Source of the DNA: Mobula hypostoma
Taxonomy: Eukaryota
DNA: 64,000 nt
Assembly (NCBI RefSeq): GCF_963921235.1
Contig: NC_086108.1
Location: 76,820,001-76,884,000, forward strand
Reading direction: 5' to 3'
Below, in pieces: positions 36,922 through 49,670 of the stretch (its first letter is position 1; every line of letters begins with the position of its first letter). Made by a program: the position numbers and the translations under genes. Under the pieces are notes generated by a model. The model saw only the letters and a program-made list of their open reading frames with translations, was not told the origin of the DNA and did not search any database.

Positions 36922-38360
36922 GTATGGTACCCTCACTTTTTAAAAAATTATTCTTATCAGGGTCACAGCACTGAAGAATTTGCAGATGTACATTGACACA
37001 CTCATAGACAAATGCACATGTGTGTGTGGGAAAAGTTATAGTGAACTATCATGGAAGCAAGCAAGCTGATAAGATTTACACACAGATTATCGGCGTTGTC
37101 GCTGGTGATGGACTGCACATGCACCCAGTCACTCAGGCTGGTTTGGGATTGGAATGAACATCTATTACAGATGAGTTAAAGACTCGGCTATAGTGTGTCC
37201 CCTGTAGTGTTGCATTTTTTTAAACTTGGTTCATTTGTTTTGTTTTGTATTTTCTTGCTGATTTGTTTGGGTTAAATAAAATTAATAATCGGAGAATTCC
37301 TTATCTTCTATTTTGCAGGAGACAGGAATGTTATCAAACACTAACCAGTAATTTGTGTGAAATGACTGGTGTGAAGTTTGCTAATGGATAGTTCCAGTGT
37401 TTAAACTCATCGATTGTTGTAGAGAGCAGAGTGACACTAAGTGATATATTTACCATTTAGCTTGAGAATTGGCTGCTGATTCTGAATATGAGCCAATAAC
37501 ATAATTGTTCAGATTTGTTTTCAAAGGATACTTGTGTTTACATTGAGGTTTGACAGTTTGAGAATATAGCCTTTAAATTGATCAACAAATTCTGCCTGCT
37601 AGAGACATAAATTGTAAAAATCTGGACATCCAATGGACTACCTTAAATCCACGTATGCAATGAAACTGTCCAACCAAACATGTCTCTATTGCCTGGGCAA
37701 TCTGGTGCAAGATATAAATTTTATTTATTATGTACCTATTAAAAAAAACAGCTGCATTGAATCAGAACAGCCCAATATCTTTTATTGTATTATGTAAGAA
37801 CTAATGCTGCATTTAACTCACAGCTAACTATCTCAAACTAGTATTGGTTGAATGCAGTCTAACCAGTACATTGTTTGGGTCAAAACTCCTGTCGCAATGT
37901 CCTGAAGAGAGATTTATGCTCAGGTGCCGAGTTACTTGCATGGTGTCCATCACCCAGCAGTTAAAACATATATGTTTGGAAAACATGTCTTGATTGACCA
38001 AGCATTTAAATTAATGTCAAGTAGGTTTACAGAATGTTCAACCGATCCAAGGGACCCCTCTCAGGCATTTTAAAACCTAATTTGACATCTTGCTGGATTT
38101 AGATTCCCCTTGATAATCAAGCTAAATCCATGAGCGATTATCTCCTGCTGAAGGTCTCACCAGACTTCTTTCAGGCCCGGACCCCAGATCTACACTGGAT
38201 ATTCAGTGTTGCTTCAAAGTTGCGAGGTTTTTATTATTCTAACAATGCAAGTGTATATATATAAGAAAGAAAGGTGAAGCAATTTTTAAAACAGGTTTTC
38301 ACAGTGTCATGCAATTTTAGAAATCATGCCTGTCAGAAAATATCTATTTAGTTAGAACAG

Positions 38361-38995
38361 AAGAACATAAGAAATGGAACCAGTAGACCATTTGTCTCAT
38401 TGAGCCTGCTCCACCATTCAATAAGATCATGGCAGGTATAGCCATGGACTCAGCTCTACCTACGTCCCTTTTCCAAATAACCCTTAATTCCACTGCTGTG
38501 CAAAAATCTATCTAACTGTGGCTTAACTATATTTAATGAGGTAACCTCTACTGTTTCCCTGGGCAGAGAATTCCACAGATTTACTACTCCCTTGGGAAAG
38601 CAGTTTCTCCTCATTTCTGTCCTTAATCTATTCCCCTGAATTTGAGGCTGTGTCCCTTAGTTCCAGTCTTACTTCCCAGTGGAAACAACTTCCTGTCTCT
38701 ATCTTATTGCCCTTTCACGATTTTATATGATTCTGTAAAATACCCTCTCATTGTTCTGAATTCCAACAAGTATAGTCTTGGGTGACTCACTCTCTCCTCA
38801 TGGGCAAACACCCTCATCTCCGGAATCAACTTGGTGAACCTTCTCTGCACCACCTACAAAACTAGTATATTCTTCCTCAAATAAGGAGATCAGAACTGCA
38901 TGTCTCACCAGTACCCTGTGCAGCATAACCACCTGCTCTCAAATGCAAACCCTCCAGTAATGAAAGCCAATATTCCATTTGCCTTCTTGATAACC
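38361..38995 (-). mobile_element. CR1 LINE 3' fragment
   Basis: AAGAACATAAGAAA tail, reverse CR1 3'UTR and ORF2 C-terminal remnants. Confidence 0.85.
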
Positions 38996-40889
38996 TGAGG
39001 TTACGATTAAGATTAACATTATTTTAAAAAGATAATTTGTTAAAATGCATCAATAGAAAGTCTGTCAATAACGTAGGATACTGTAAGGGCTTTCTTGGGG
39101 GTGTATAATTTCTAATTACCCTCGATTGTTTCAGCTCTCCCATCTTTGATCTGTTTCTCAAGTTCCACACACAAGATGTTATTAATGTAACACATTTGAC
39201 ATTCTTTGGCCATCCCAAATCCCCTCACAGGCAATGAATTTTGATCTGAAGCCGCTTTAACGACATAAGCAACTGTGGCAGCCAGCAAATGCCCATCGTC
39301 TCTCTCATCACCATCATCTACATTCTTTGTAAAAATTTCAAAGAACAATGGTCTAACACATCACATCACTCCTCTGTTATTCTGTCTGCATACCCATTAT
39401 TGTAGATAATAACCCTCTGCCTATGAGAAGACAATCAATTCTCTATATTAATGCTACTCCCGCTGGACTCAGTCTAATTATGTATTGTGTAGCATTTTAT
39501 AGAAATCAGCCCACTCCAGTCATGTGGCCATTACAAAATTCGCAGAAATATATCATTTCCAGGATGTGAAGATCCACAGACGTGGAACCAATTCAGCAAA
39601 GTTGGTATAGTGTAACCTTATCTTAGAAACCAAATTGAGTGTCTTTAAGAACCCATACATGCAGAATATCTTCTGCTTGTCGCCACTCTCAAGATAAATA
39701 ATTTCCTGATTCTGCCTGGATATTAGCAACACATGGGCCTCTTCTTGTCTATGGGAAGAACTCCAAGAACTTGTTAAATAGATGAGATTATAGTGATAAT
39801 TAATCAGAAGCTTTCTATATTTTGAGATCATTTATTATATCCATTATTATTTTGCATCCATTGGAGTCAACTGTACATAGATTATTGAGAACTGGTCATT
39901 GTTTTTTGGAGTGGAGGCAAAATAGCTTTCAGAAACCACTGCCATATTGTACACTTCCCAGAATCAGCTCGGAAGAATCATTTAGCATTCCTCTGACACT
40001 GAAGAGTCAAATGTTTTGAGATGCTGTATCCAACCCGCAGTGCTGGGTTGAAAGCCTTCTTTCCTTGCCAGCTGTAAGTGAAAAGGGGTTGGCAAGTCTT
40101 AACCTGCAGCACGAAATGGTTTATAACTCAACACTAATTTGCACTTAATCATCATTTTCACTCAGAGAGGCCATGAGGATGGCAACTTAGGGAAGCAGAA
40201 ATATTCGCACAGGTGCAATGGTCAAAGTGATGAGAGAGATACAATTGCAGCAGAATAGGAGGAACTTTATTCTACATCTAACCTGACATCAATGTATTTG
40301 AAACTGATTGATATTACAATTTCACAGTACATTAAGTTACATTACATTACAGAACATGTACATTACATTATACTTCGGCATGTGCATAGTACATTATGCT
40401 ACAGAACATGTTCATTACTTTTTATTACTGTACTTATCAAATATGTAACTCGGCATTATACAATGAAGTGAAAAGCTTCATGAATATAATGGTTCCAAAT
40501 GTATGTAACTGTACTGACAGACACTCTGGTATGAGTTTTGTAGAATGATAATGTGAAGGCTGCAAACTGTAACTACCAAGACTGTACCCCAGTGGTGTTC
40601 TTAGGCCTATGATTATAGCTGGTGTCAATCCAATTTCAGTTGGGTACCAGATTACCGATGTTATATTTACCCTTTCTCAAAACGTAGACATGAATCTTGC
40701 TGTATGGTCATGGAAATTACAGAATAGAAGTTCATTCAGTTCATTGTGCTCCTGCTAATGCTACTTTCACTGTCCACTCCCCCTATCCCACCACCACAAC
40801 AAGCACACATACACGCATACTTACGTGTTTCAATGTATTGATATAAAGAAGAGGAAGGCAGAAAATCATATGATACTAATCCACAATAT

Positions 40890-41200
40890 GGCATGATAGC
40901 GTAATAGTGCAGTGCTTTACAATCCTAGCTGTAAGATCAGGGTTCGATTTGCACTGCTGTCTGCAAGGAGTTTGTACCTTCTCCCTGTGACCTGATGAGT
41001 TTCCTTCAGGTCCTCAGGTTTGCACTCACATTCCAAAGACACATTGTTAAGGTTAGTGAGTTGTGGACATGCTGTGTTGATGCTGGAAGCATGGTGACAC
41101 TGACAGGCTGACCAGCACAATCTTGGCTGATTTCATTTGACACAAATGATGCATTTTAATAGACAATCTGATGTACATGTGCCAAATAAAGCTAGTCTTT
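40890..41200 (+). mobile_element. HE1/V-SINE-type SINE
   Basis: tRNA-like head with GGGTTCGATT B-box, V-domain-like core and AATAAAGCT tail; homologous to 44490-44812 (minus). Confidence 0.75.
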
Positions 41201-41859
41201 ATTTTTAAACGTCTTACTAACTCTAGATGCTGAAGAGAATCTCGTTCCCGTTTTGACACATTTTATTTTACTATATCTCCTTGGAAGCACCAATCTTAGT
41301 GAAGGTGATCGAGGTATAAATAATCTATCTGGCATACCGTTTTAAGTGAGGGGGTGTCCATTCCCAAGGAAAGACTGACAAGGCTGTGTGTTTTCTTTCA
41401 AGGGTGACTGGGCGAAATGTTATTCATGTGTATAAGTTAAAAACGGCCTAGCAGGGTGAATAGAAAAGACCTGTTTCCCTTGGCTCTTGGATCATTTTGA
41501 AATTTCCGTACCCAGTATTGCAATTCCAAGCAAAACAGCAGCATGTGGTCCTCTGGTAAATTCATCAGAGATTTTTTTTTCCAAGCAACACTTGCATGTG
41601 TGGTCAATTGTGGCTAATTCAGTACTGGCAGTAAGGTCCCCCATCTTAGCCCCAGTGCCTTGCTGCAGGAGATCATCAGGTTATTGTCCAAGAACCAACC
41701 ATCTTCAGCTGCTCCATCAATCAGCAGGAGCCTGAGGGAACTCTGTCCACTTTTCTAAAGGAGTGCACTTTCTACTTTACTTATGAAGCTCAATACCATT
41801 CAGGAGAAAGCAATCTGTTTGAGTGGTACTCGTGTACCACCTTATCTCTTTACTTCACC

Positions 41860-42140
41860 TACTGCGGCCATTACTTGACCAGTACCTACTAAGCCTGTGA
41901 TCTCCACCATCAAGAAGGACGAGGGCAATACGTATAAAGGAACGCCACTACCTGCAGGTTTCCCTCCAAGGCACACAATGTCCTGACTTGGAAGAATATC
42001 CTTCATTCTTGCTGTGTCTGAATCCTGGACTCTAAATCCTTTCAGTAGTCCAAAAATCTGACTCGCCAACGCCTTCTCCAGGGCAATGAATGTTGGGCAA
42101 TAAATGTCAGCTTTGCCTGCAGTAATTGCATCTCAGATAA
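41860..42140 (+). mobile_element. Old LINE 3' fragment (CR1/L2 group)
   Basis: Ends GGGCAATAAATGTCAGC, similar to the tail of the SINE at 4028-4342. Confidence 0.45.
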
Positions 42141-42719
42141 ATGAATTACAAAACACGATCAGCTAAAATGATATTTTCCCCAGTTTCTTGTAGTGACCAA
42201 CAACACAGTTTCATGTGCTGGTCAGAGTGAAGCACAATCAATAACACTCCAACCAGTTGCGCTCATAGTCCACCATGCACTTTTTATTGTGCTTTGATTT
42301 TCAGATAACTAGAATGTAAATGAATTCCAAATGCAATCACTTCATAGCTCACATAGCCTATCCATTCATGATGTTCCCTACCCTGTGGGCATTATCGATT
42401 TATACTGGTTGCTTGTCCATATACACTAACTAATCCCTCTAATGATCTTCACAGCTTCCAATCCTCCAAACCAACATGGGCCCTCTACTTTTCCAACTCC
42501 TGTTGACTTTTCAGCCTGCTAAATCAGTTAATAGTCTGGGTTTGCTGCAACAAACAGGAAGGAGAACGTTTGGGAAGTGAATGCCTTGACTTCAACCCTC
42601 ATTTCTTGGGGATCATTTGAGGAACTATGGGTGCTTCCGATGCACCTGCAGTTCCACAGAGGATGCCCAGGAAATAATTAGATGTTACAGAAAGATTGCA
42701 TGACTAAGTGGGCTACAAA

Positions 42720-43020
42720 ATAACAAGAGAAAGGAGCAGTTGTAGATCATTTTGTCCCTTGTGCCTATTCTTCCATTTAATTAGATAATGGCTTGTATTT
42801 CTTCTTACATCAACTTCCTATTCCCACACTAACTCAATTCCAGTAATATCTGAAAAATTCATGGAGTCATACAGCACAAAAGTAGGCCCTTCAGCCCATC
42901 ACTTGTATGACAGCCATCAGGTATCCAAGTATATACTAATCCCATTTACCTGCACTTCATCCATAACCTCTGTGTCTTGGTGATTCAAGTATTCATTCTT
43001 AAATTCATCTAGATACTTCT
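42720..43020 (-). mobile_element. Two short CR1 3' tail fragments
   Basis: CATACAGCACAAAAGTAGGCCCTTCAGCCCA and GGAGCAG...CCATTTAA...ATAATGGCT reverse CR1 tails. Confidence 0.55.
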
Positions 43021-43265
43021 TGGGGCAGTACAGTAGTGTGGTGGTTAGCATAGCACTATTGCAGTACTAGCAACTTGGTTTCAATTCTCACTACTGTCTG
43101 CAAGGAGTTTGTATATTCTCCAAATTACCACATGTATTTCCTCTGTGTGCTCTGGTTTCTTCCCACATTCCAAAGACATACGGGTAATTAGTTAATTGGA
43201 CACATGGATATAATTGGGTGACATGGGTTCATTGGGCTGGAAGACTCTGTTACTGTGCTGTAGAT
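43021..43265 (+). mobile_element. HE1/V-SINE-type SINE
   Basis: GGGGCAGTACAGTAGTGTGGTGGTTAGCA tRNA-like head and core TCTGGTTTCTTCCCACATTCCAAAGAC. Confidence 0.78.
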
Positions 43266-44055
43266 CAAAGTTCAAAATAAATTTATTATCAAAATACATA
43301 TATGTCACCATATACAACCCTGAGATTCATTTTCTTGCAGGCATACTCAGTAAATCCTTGATAGAATAATAACCATAATAGAATCAATGAAAGACCGCAC
43401 CAACTTGGGCATTCAACCAGCATGCAAGAGACAACAAACTGTGCAAATACAAAAATAAAGAAATCACAATAATAAAAAAGTGTGTATGAAATATCGAGAA
43501 CATGAGATGAAGATTTCTTGAAAGTGAGTCCATAGGTTGTGGGAACATTTCAGTGCTGGGGCAAGTGAAGTTGAGTAACCCCCTTTGGTTCAAGAGTCTG
43601 ATGGCTGAGGGGTAATAACTGTTCCTGAACAGTTTTGTGCTGTGAGTCCTGAGGCTCCTGTACCTTCTTCCTGATGGCAGCAGCGAGAAGAGAGCATATT
43701 CTGAGTGGTGGGGGTCCCTGATGATGGATGCTGCTTTTTTGTGATAACACTCAGTGTAGATGTGCTCAATGGTGGGGAGGGCTTCACCTATGATGGACTG
43801 AGCCATATCAACTACTTCTTATAGGATTCTCCATTCAAGGGCATTGGTGTTTCTATACCAGGCTGTGATGCAGCCGGTCAATATACTCTCCACCACACAT
43901 CTATAGAAGTTGGTCAAAGTTTTAGATGACATGCCAAATCTTCACAAACTTCTAAAGAAGAAAAGGTGCTGCTGTACTTTCTTTGTAATTGTACTTGTAT
44001 GCTGGGGCCAGGACATGTCCTCTGAAATGATAACACTGAGGAATTTAAATCCGTA
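43266..44055 (-). mobile_element. Rex1/Babar-type LINE 3' fragment (different subfamily from 8361-9749)
   Basis: AQSIIGEALPTIEHIY...LFSLLPSGRRYRSLRT...FRNSYYPSAIRLLN plus a 3'UTR with AATAAA. Confidence 0.85.
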
Positions 44056-44059
44056 AATA

Positions 44060-45510
44060 GATAAATGTAGTGAGAATCCCTGCCTTCACTACCTCCTCCG
44101 TCTTGAATATACCCAGTGGTTGCATCTCCAAAGCTACCCTGGGTGGAAATTTCCAAACATCTATGACTCACTGAGTGAAATATTTTCCTCTTGTTGCTGT
44201 CCTCAATGTCCATTACTTATTTGGACCCTATGACCCTTGGTTCTAGAAACCCCTGCCAGGAGAAACCTAGACTTTGCTTTTACACTATCTATCATCCATT
44301 ATATAACCAAATTTACTGATAGTGCAGCAGCGGACAGAAAAGCGAGTTGTGAGGAGGGCAGAAGAAGTCTGCAAAGGTATGTAGACAGGTTAAACAAGAA
44401 AACATACACTTGGATTACAATGTGAGGTTACTCGCTTGTTAGAAAGAATAGGAAAGCAGAATATTCTTTGGACAAAGAAGTGCCATTGAATAAAAGATGT
44501 GCTTTATTTGTCACATGTACATCAAAACACACTGTGATTTGCGTCACTTGCACCAAATCAAATCAGCAAGAATTATGGGGGCAGCCTGCAAGTGTCATCA
44601 CATTTCCAGTGTCAACATAGCATTCCCACAACTTACCAACCCTAAATGTACATCAATGGAATGTGGGAGGAAACTGGAGCACCTGGAGGAAACCCATGTG
44701 GTCATGGGGAGAACATACAAACTCCTAACAGAGGGCGGTGGGAGTTGAACCCCTATCAGAGATCGCTGGTGCTGTAAAGCAATTGTGTTAGCCACGATGC
44801 CACCATCCTCCCTCATGCTGTGGTCCAGAGGGATCTGGGTGTCTTATGCATGAAAGACGTAAAGTTAAAAAGCAGGCACAGTAAGTAATTAGGAAGGCAA
44901 CTGAAGTATTGGCCTTTAATCCAAAAGGGATTAAGTACACATGAGGTAGATGTTGCCTCACTGTTCAGAGCATCAGTGAGGCCATTTCTGGAACGCTGAG
45001 TACAGTTTTGTTCACTTTACTGAAGGAGAGATGTTGTACTGGAGCAATAAGAGCAGGCTTTTGAAGGTTATTCCTGGGATGAGAGATGATTTATAGGAAA
45101 CTTTGAGGAGAGTGGACCTATCTGCATAAACACTTTGAAGAATAAGAACTGATCACATTGAAACATATGATTCAAAAGGGGGCTTCTCAGGGTAGATGTC
45201 AAGTGAATATTTCGTCTCATGGAGCAGTCAAGAGCTGGGGATGTAGCTTCAGAATAAGGAGTTGCCTAATTATGACAGTGATGGAGAGGAATTTCTTCCT
45301 TCTGAGAGAAGTGAATCTCTAGATTCCCCAAAGAGCTGTGGAGGTTAAATAACTGAATATATTCAGAGGTGAGTTAAATAGAATTTTGTGCTGCAAGGGA
45401 GTCAAGGGTTGGAGGTAACAGACAGAAAAATATTAAATCAACCATGATCTTACTGAATGTCAGATCAGCTGGAGGAGCCACATAATCTGCCCTTGCTCCT
45501 TGTTCTTAAG
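44060..45510. mobile_element. Decayed CR1 fragments (minus ~44060-44295; plus ~44300-45510, interrupted by a SINE)
   Basis: KFTDS/LQRYVDRL remnants, RDLGV motif (CAGAGGGATCTGGGTGTC) and CR1 3'UTR. Confidence 0.7.
44490..44812 (-). mobile_element. HE1/V-SINE-type SINE nested in CR1
   Basis: Reverse of the core (GGAATGTGGGAGGAAACTGGAGCACCTGGAGGAAACCCATG) with tRNA head near 44810. Confidence 0.8.
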
Positions 45511-47794
45511 CACTTTGAGATCCAGCCACCCAAGTTCAGGTGCCTGGAAAAGGAAATCCTGAGATATGTAAAACTAAGGATGTAAAGCAGTAAATACTTA
45601 TGTTACCACAAGCATAAGTTTATGAATCTAAAGGCTGATTCTCAATCCTGTGTGCTTCCACAGGCTGGGCAGATGATAAAGATGCTGAGATGAAATTAGC
45701 TCACAACAAGAACATACAGTAGCTAATACCAATTTGCAATTGTATTTTAGCCCCTTTATCTGCTTGCTCACTGGCAATACACAATGGGTTACTAAGTAAT
45801 AGGTTACATAATAGCTTTCAAAGACCATCACTATTTGTATAATATGGATTAGGTCAATAGAAATCTAGAAGCTCTTTTAATCTACTGAACCATTTTGCAC
45901 CATTTATATCATGTGTCTTTTAAAAAAAGTTTGGAAAGTTCAGTTCAATAGGTAAGTGTGCATTGAAACAAATCAATTGGCAGTATCTTAATCAATGTAT
46001 AGATTTGAAAATACAAGAATTAAGAAGGGTTAGGGAGGGAAGGGAACAGAGATCGTGTTTAGGGAGCCATTGTGCTAAAGATTAGGCAGTATTGCCTAAA
46101 TAACTGGATGAATTGAATGTTATCCATCACGACACAAAGAGCACCATTATTTAATAATTAATACTGTGGCCTTATTGTTCTGTTACTTGCATAAGGATGA
46201 GTGTATTAGCAGATGAGAATTGTCTTTTATTCGATAGTAACTATTATTTAGGCAAAAACATCATTCCTTTTCATTTGTCACAAGTAGATAACACTGTCAG
46301 AAGAGTTTATGATATAGCTTTTTCCTCCAGATGATCAGTGTAGCTTTAACTCCTTGCAGCCCGTGGCTCTACATGTGCTCTGAATGATGAAAAGGAAAGA
46401 GAGGAATATTAATTCTTCACACAGGGAAAGAGATTAGTGAATAGCAATTGCAAATGACATTCCCAATGGTCTTACCCTCCCAAACACTCTCCCTGCTCCC
46501 CTCTCTGTGTGGTTGAATCTGGCTTCCATTTGTTTCCCTGATGACCTGACTGAGATTGGAAAAGTCATAGTACAGAGAAAAGCAGAGAAAATGAGAGAAA
46601 AACAACAAATGAAAAATGTAAAATGTCATTAGCTATTTTTTCCCCATACACTGCATGCTCCATGTTAAAATGCTCCTGCGCTTACAAAGCCGTATGTCCT
46701 CTAGTCCACCATCTCAAGGGAGATGCAGTGCTGTCACAAAAAAGCACTGAATGATTCGGACCCTTATGGCTACAGATGTAATAAAAGCTGAGGTCGTGGG
46801 CTGAGCTGAGCTTGGCTGAGCTGTCTGCAGTGGCTATGCTGGATGCATGCATGAGAAGTTTTTTTTGAGAGTAATGAGATGGGGTTTGAATTGCTTTACA
46901 ATGTTTTATTCTACACAGTAGTATCACGTGGTCAGTTGCCAGCAAAATAAAACTAAGAAATTATATACTGTTTTACTACCACATTACTATACAAGGAGAA
47001 GTGATGCATCAAATGATGTTACATTTCATGGGTTTGTGCCATTTACCTGATCCTCTTCCTAGAATGCTACAGAATGATGGTTTTGTAAAATAATACATGC
47101 TATGGAACTCATGAAGGTCTTTTGTTCCATCCTGTTTGCCGATGGCAGAGTTCTGAGTAGCTGCTGTATAACTGCGTATGGATGATAGAATTCATATGAA
47201 GATAAATGAATGTGATAATTGCTGGACAATTATTGTGACAGTGAAAATCAAACCTTGATTATTGGAAAACAAATCAGGAAATTATTGTATATAACAAGTT
47301 AGTACATTTAGGAATGCTTCACAACTCAAAATAAGCTTTACTCAACGAGTATGGATGAGAATTCTACCACTCAACGACGTGAAATTTCAATACATCGAAA
47401 TCAATCACAGTAACTCTTGCTGTGATGATAATTTAGCAAATCGACTCCACAATGAATTAAAACTTAAAAGCAAATCAATCATGGAATAGACCACTGTACC
47501 AGGGAAGATGTGTTGCTGACTTTGTAACTTATTGCCAACTTAAGGAACTAGGTAGTCATTGACCAAACAAACTTTCAGCAGAGAAACTGGGACCGTCTTC
47601 TACCATTGCTCTGGACTGTGCCCTTTCCAAAATATTGCTAAATAGGAAGATAGACGGCCCATTTCAACAATCCATCCTTAATCTTCCCTTCATCAAGGAG
47701 AGGTGTCCACAGCAAAAAGATATAAAACAAGAGAGCTCTGCTTTTAAAGAAAAAGAAGTCATTCAGAAATATTGCTATGAAGTGTTTATTTCTG

Positions 47795-47994
47795 AACACA
47801 AGAGATTCTGCAGATGCTGGAAACCCAGAGCAGCACACTCAGAATGCTGGAGCAACTATGGAGAGGAATGAACAGTCAAGATTTAGGGCTGAGACCCTTC
47901 AGCAGGATGAAGATTCTCAGCCTAAATGTCGATTGTTTATTCCTCTCCATAGATGTGCCTGACATGCTGAGCTCCTCCAGCATTTTGTGAGTGA
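47795..47994. mobile_element. Inverted pair of Penelope-like terminal repeats with 9-bp TSD
   Basis: Minus arm 47795-~47907 and plus arm ~47905-47994; TTATTTCTG at 47786-47794 and 47995-48003. Confidence 0.8.
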
Positions 47995-49254
47995 TTATTT
48001 CTGTTGTTTTGTTAGTTTTGTTTTGAAAAACAATTTTGGTGCTTAAATATTTATGAGATAATCAGGAGATCTATCTTTGAGCAACTAGCAGATCTGATGC
48101 TGTGACAGAGCTGAAGTAACTCAACAGGGAAGATTAAATACACTGTATAATTTTACTTCTTTCTACCAGCTAAAATAACTTGTGACAATATGTCATATTA
48201 AATTTTGGCAAGAGCTCAAAATTTATCATTTTGTGCTCATCCCAACTAAAAATATCAAAGGGAGGAATTTTCTACCCCACTGTTTTAACAGAAACTGCTT
48301 AATGTCAGTTTTTCTTATTTCGTAGCTTCTTAACACCAAGATAAAGATCTGGGTTCAGAATACTCTTAAGGACATGAATACGTTATCTGGGCAGATACGG
48401 CAGTACAGTAGTCAAGGAGCACTTGACTGTTAGATTCACAATTTACTGAACTAATTTGGATGTCAATAATAGTAACTTCAATCAACATCACCTTGCCAGG
48501 CTTGGCCCCTCTTGGTCTGCTATCTGACACCAGTAAACGAGTCGATCTTGTTGTGTTGGGCTGTCATCAACAATATTGATGTCCTCGGCTGGATGGGTGG
48601 ACAACTTTCATGGGAGTCAAAAGCCACCCACACATGGGGAGGAAATTGATGCCACCCGTTCATTCTACGCAGAGTATCACCTATGATGCAAGTTAATCAA
48701 CTTGTTGCTCAGCTCAACTCAAATTACCACACCGTAACAACTGTAGAATCTCAATACTTCTTTGTCTAAATATAACTGGAACATCTAGCAAAATGATTTA
48801 AAAAAAAATAAGGTGTACTCAACTAATGTTAACAAGGAATAATTAACCAGTCATTTACTTTTTTGTTGTTCACGGGATTTTGAGGTGGCTTCACTTTGCT
48901 TTCTGGTTATGGATGGCTGCTGATTTCTCGGAAGCTCATCCATTCTTCTCACTTAAAGCTGGCCCAGTTGAAGACAACAGTTTTGTTGACAACTCAATGC
49001 AACAAAATGTATATGTTTACATGCAGCTACAATCACTTATTTCTACAGTGGTCCATAATATAGAAACTGATGAAGTTTTATGCTAAGGAGTAACATGAAT
49101 GAAAATCGTTCTGGCCATAACTATACAGTATGACTTGCTGCAGTTCATAGTGTTAAATTAACCCCAGTCCTATAATGTAAACCTTGACTGCTACTGCGCC
49201 ATGAGTAGATTTACCGACTGATGTTGATAGGCTGGCCCATATGGAAACTGACAT

Positions 49255-49670
49255 GGAAGAAGACCAACAATATCATGAAGAGTCCCACCCACTTTGCTTA
49301 TGGACTTTTAGTGCCACTATGCAGCACCCATGCTAGACTCAAAAACATTTACTTCCTCCAATCCGTCAAGATGATCAACATTTCCACCCATTAACCCAGC
49401 ATACCACCCCCAGCACCACTACGTACACGTCATCTAGTGTCACTTCATGTACGTACAATCAGTCTACCTACAAAACAGCTACTAATACATCGTGTTTTAC
49501 AGGATTGCATTTATATTTATGGCGATTTTTGTTATTTTATTGTGTTCTTTATGCTTATTGTGTACATTTTTTTATGCTGCATCAGATCTGAAGTAACAAT
49601 CATTTTGTCGTCCTTTACACTTGTGTACTGAAGAATGACAATAAACAATGTTGAATCTTGAGCCTTGAAT
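49255..49670 (+). mobile_element. Rex/Babar-like LINE 3' fragment
   Basis: Decayed ORF end, GACAATAAAC and TTGAATCTTGA tail. Confidence 0.65.

Noticed and set aside
40320..40430. Short repeats (TACAGAACATGT(A/T)CATTAC, ACATT units) as an array
   Set aside because: Low-complexity local duplication; no regular repeat-spacer structure and a eukaryotic context, so not CRISPR-like.
43021..43095. tRNA gene
   Set aside because: tRNA-like head of a SINE, continuous with the SINE core; same for 40890, 53843 and 62487.
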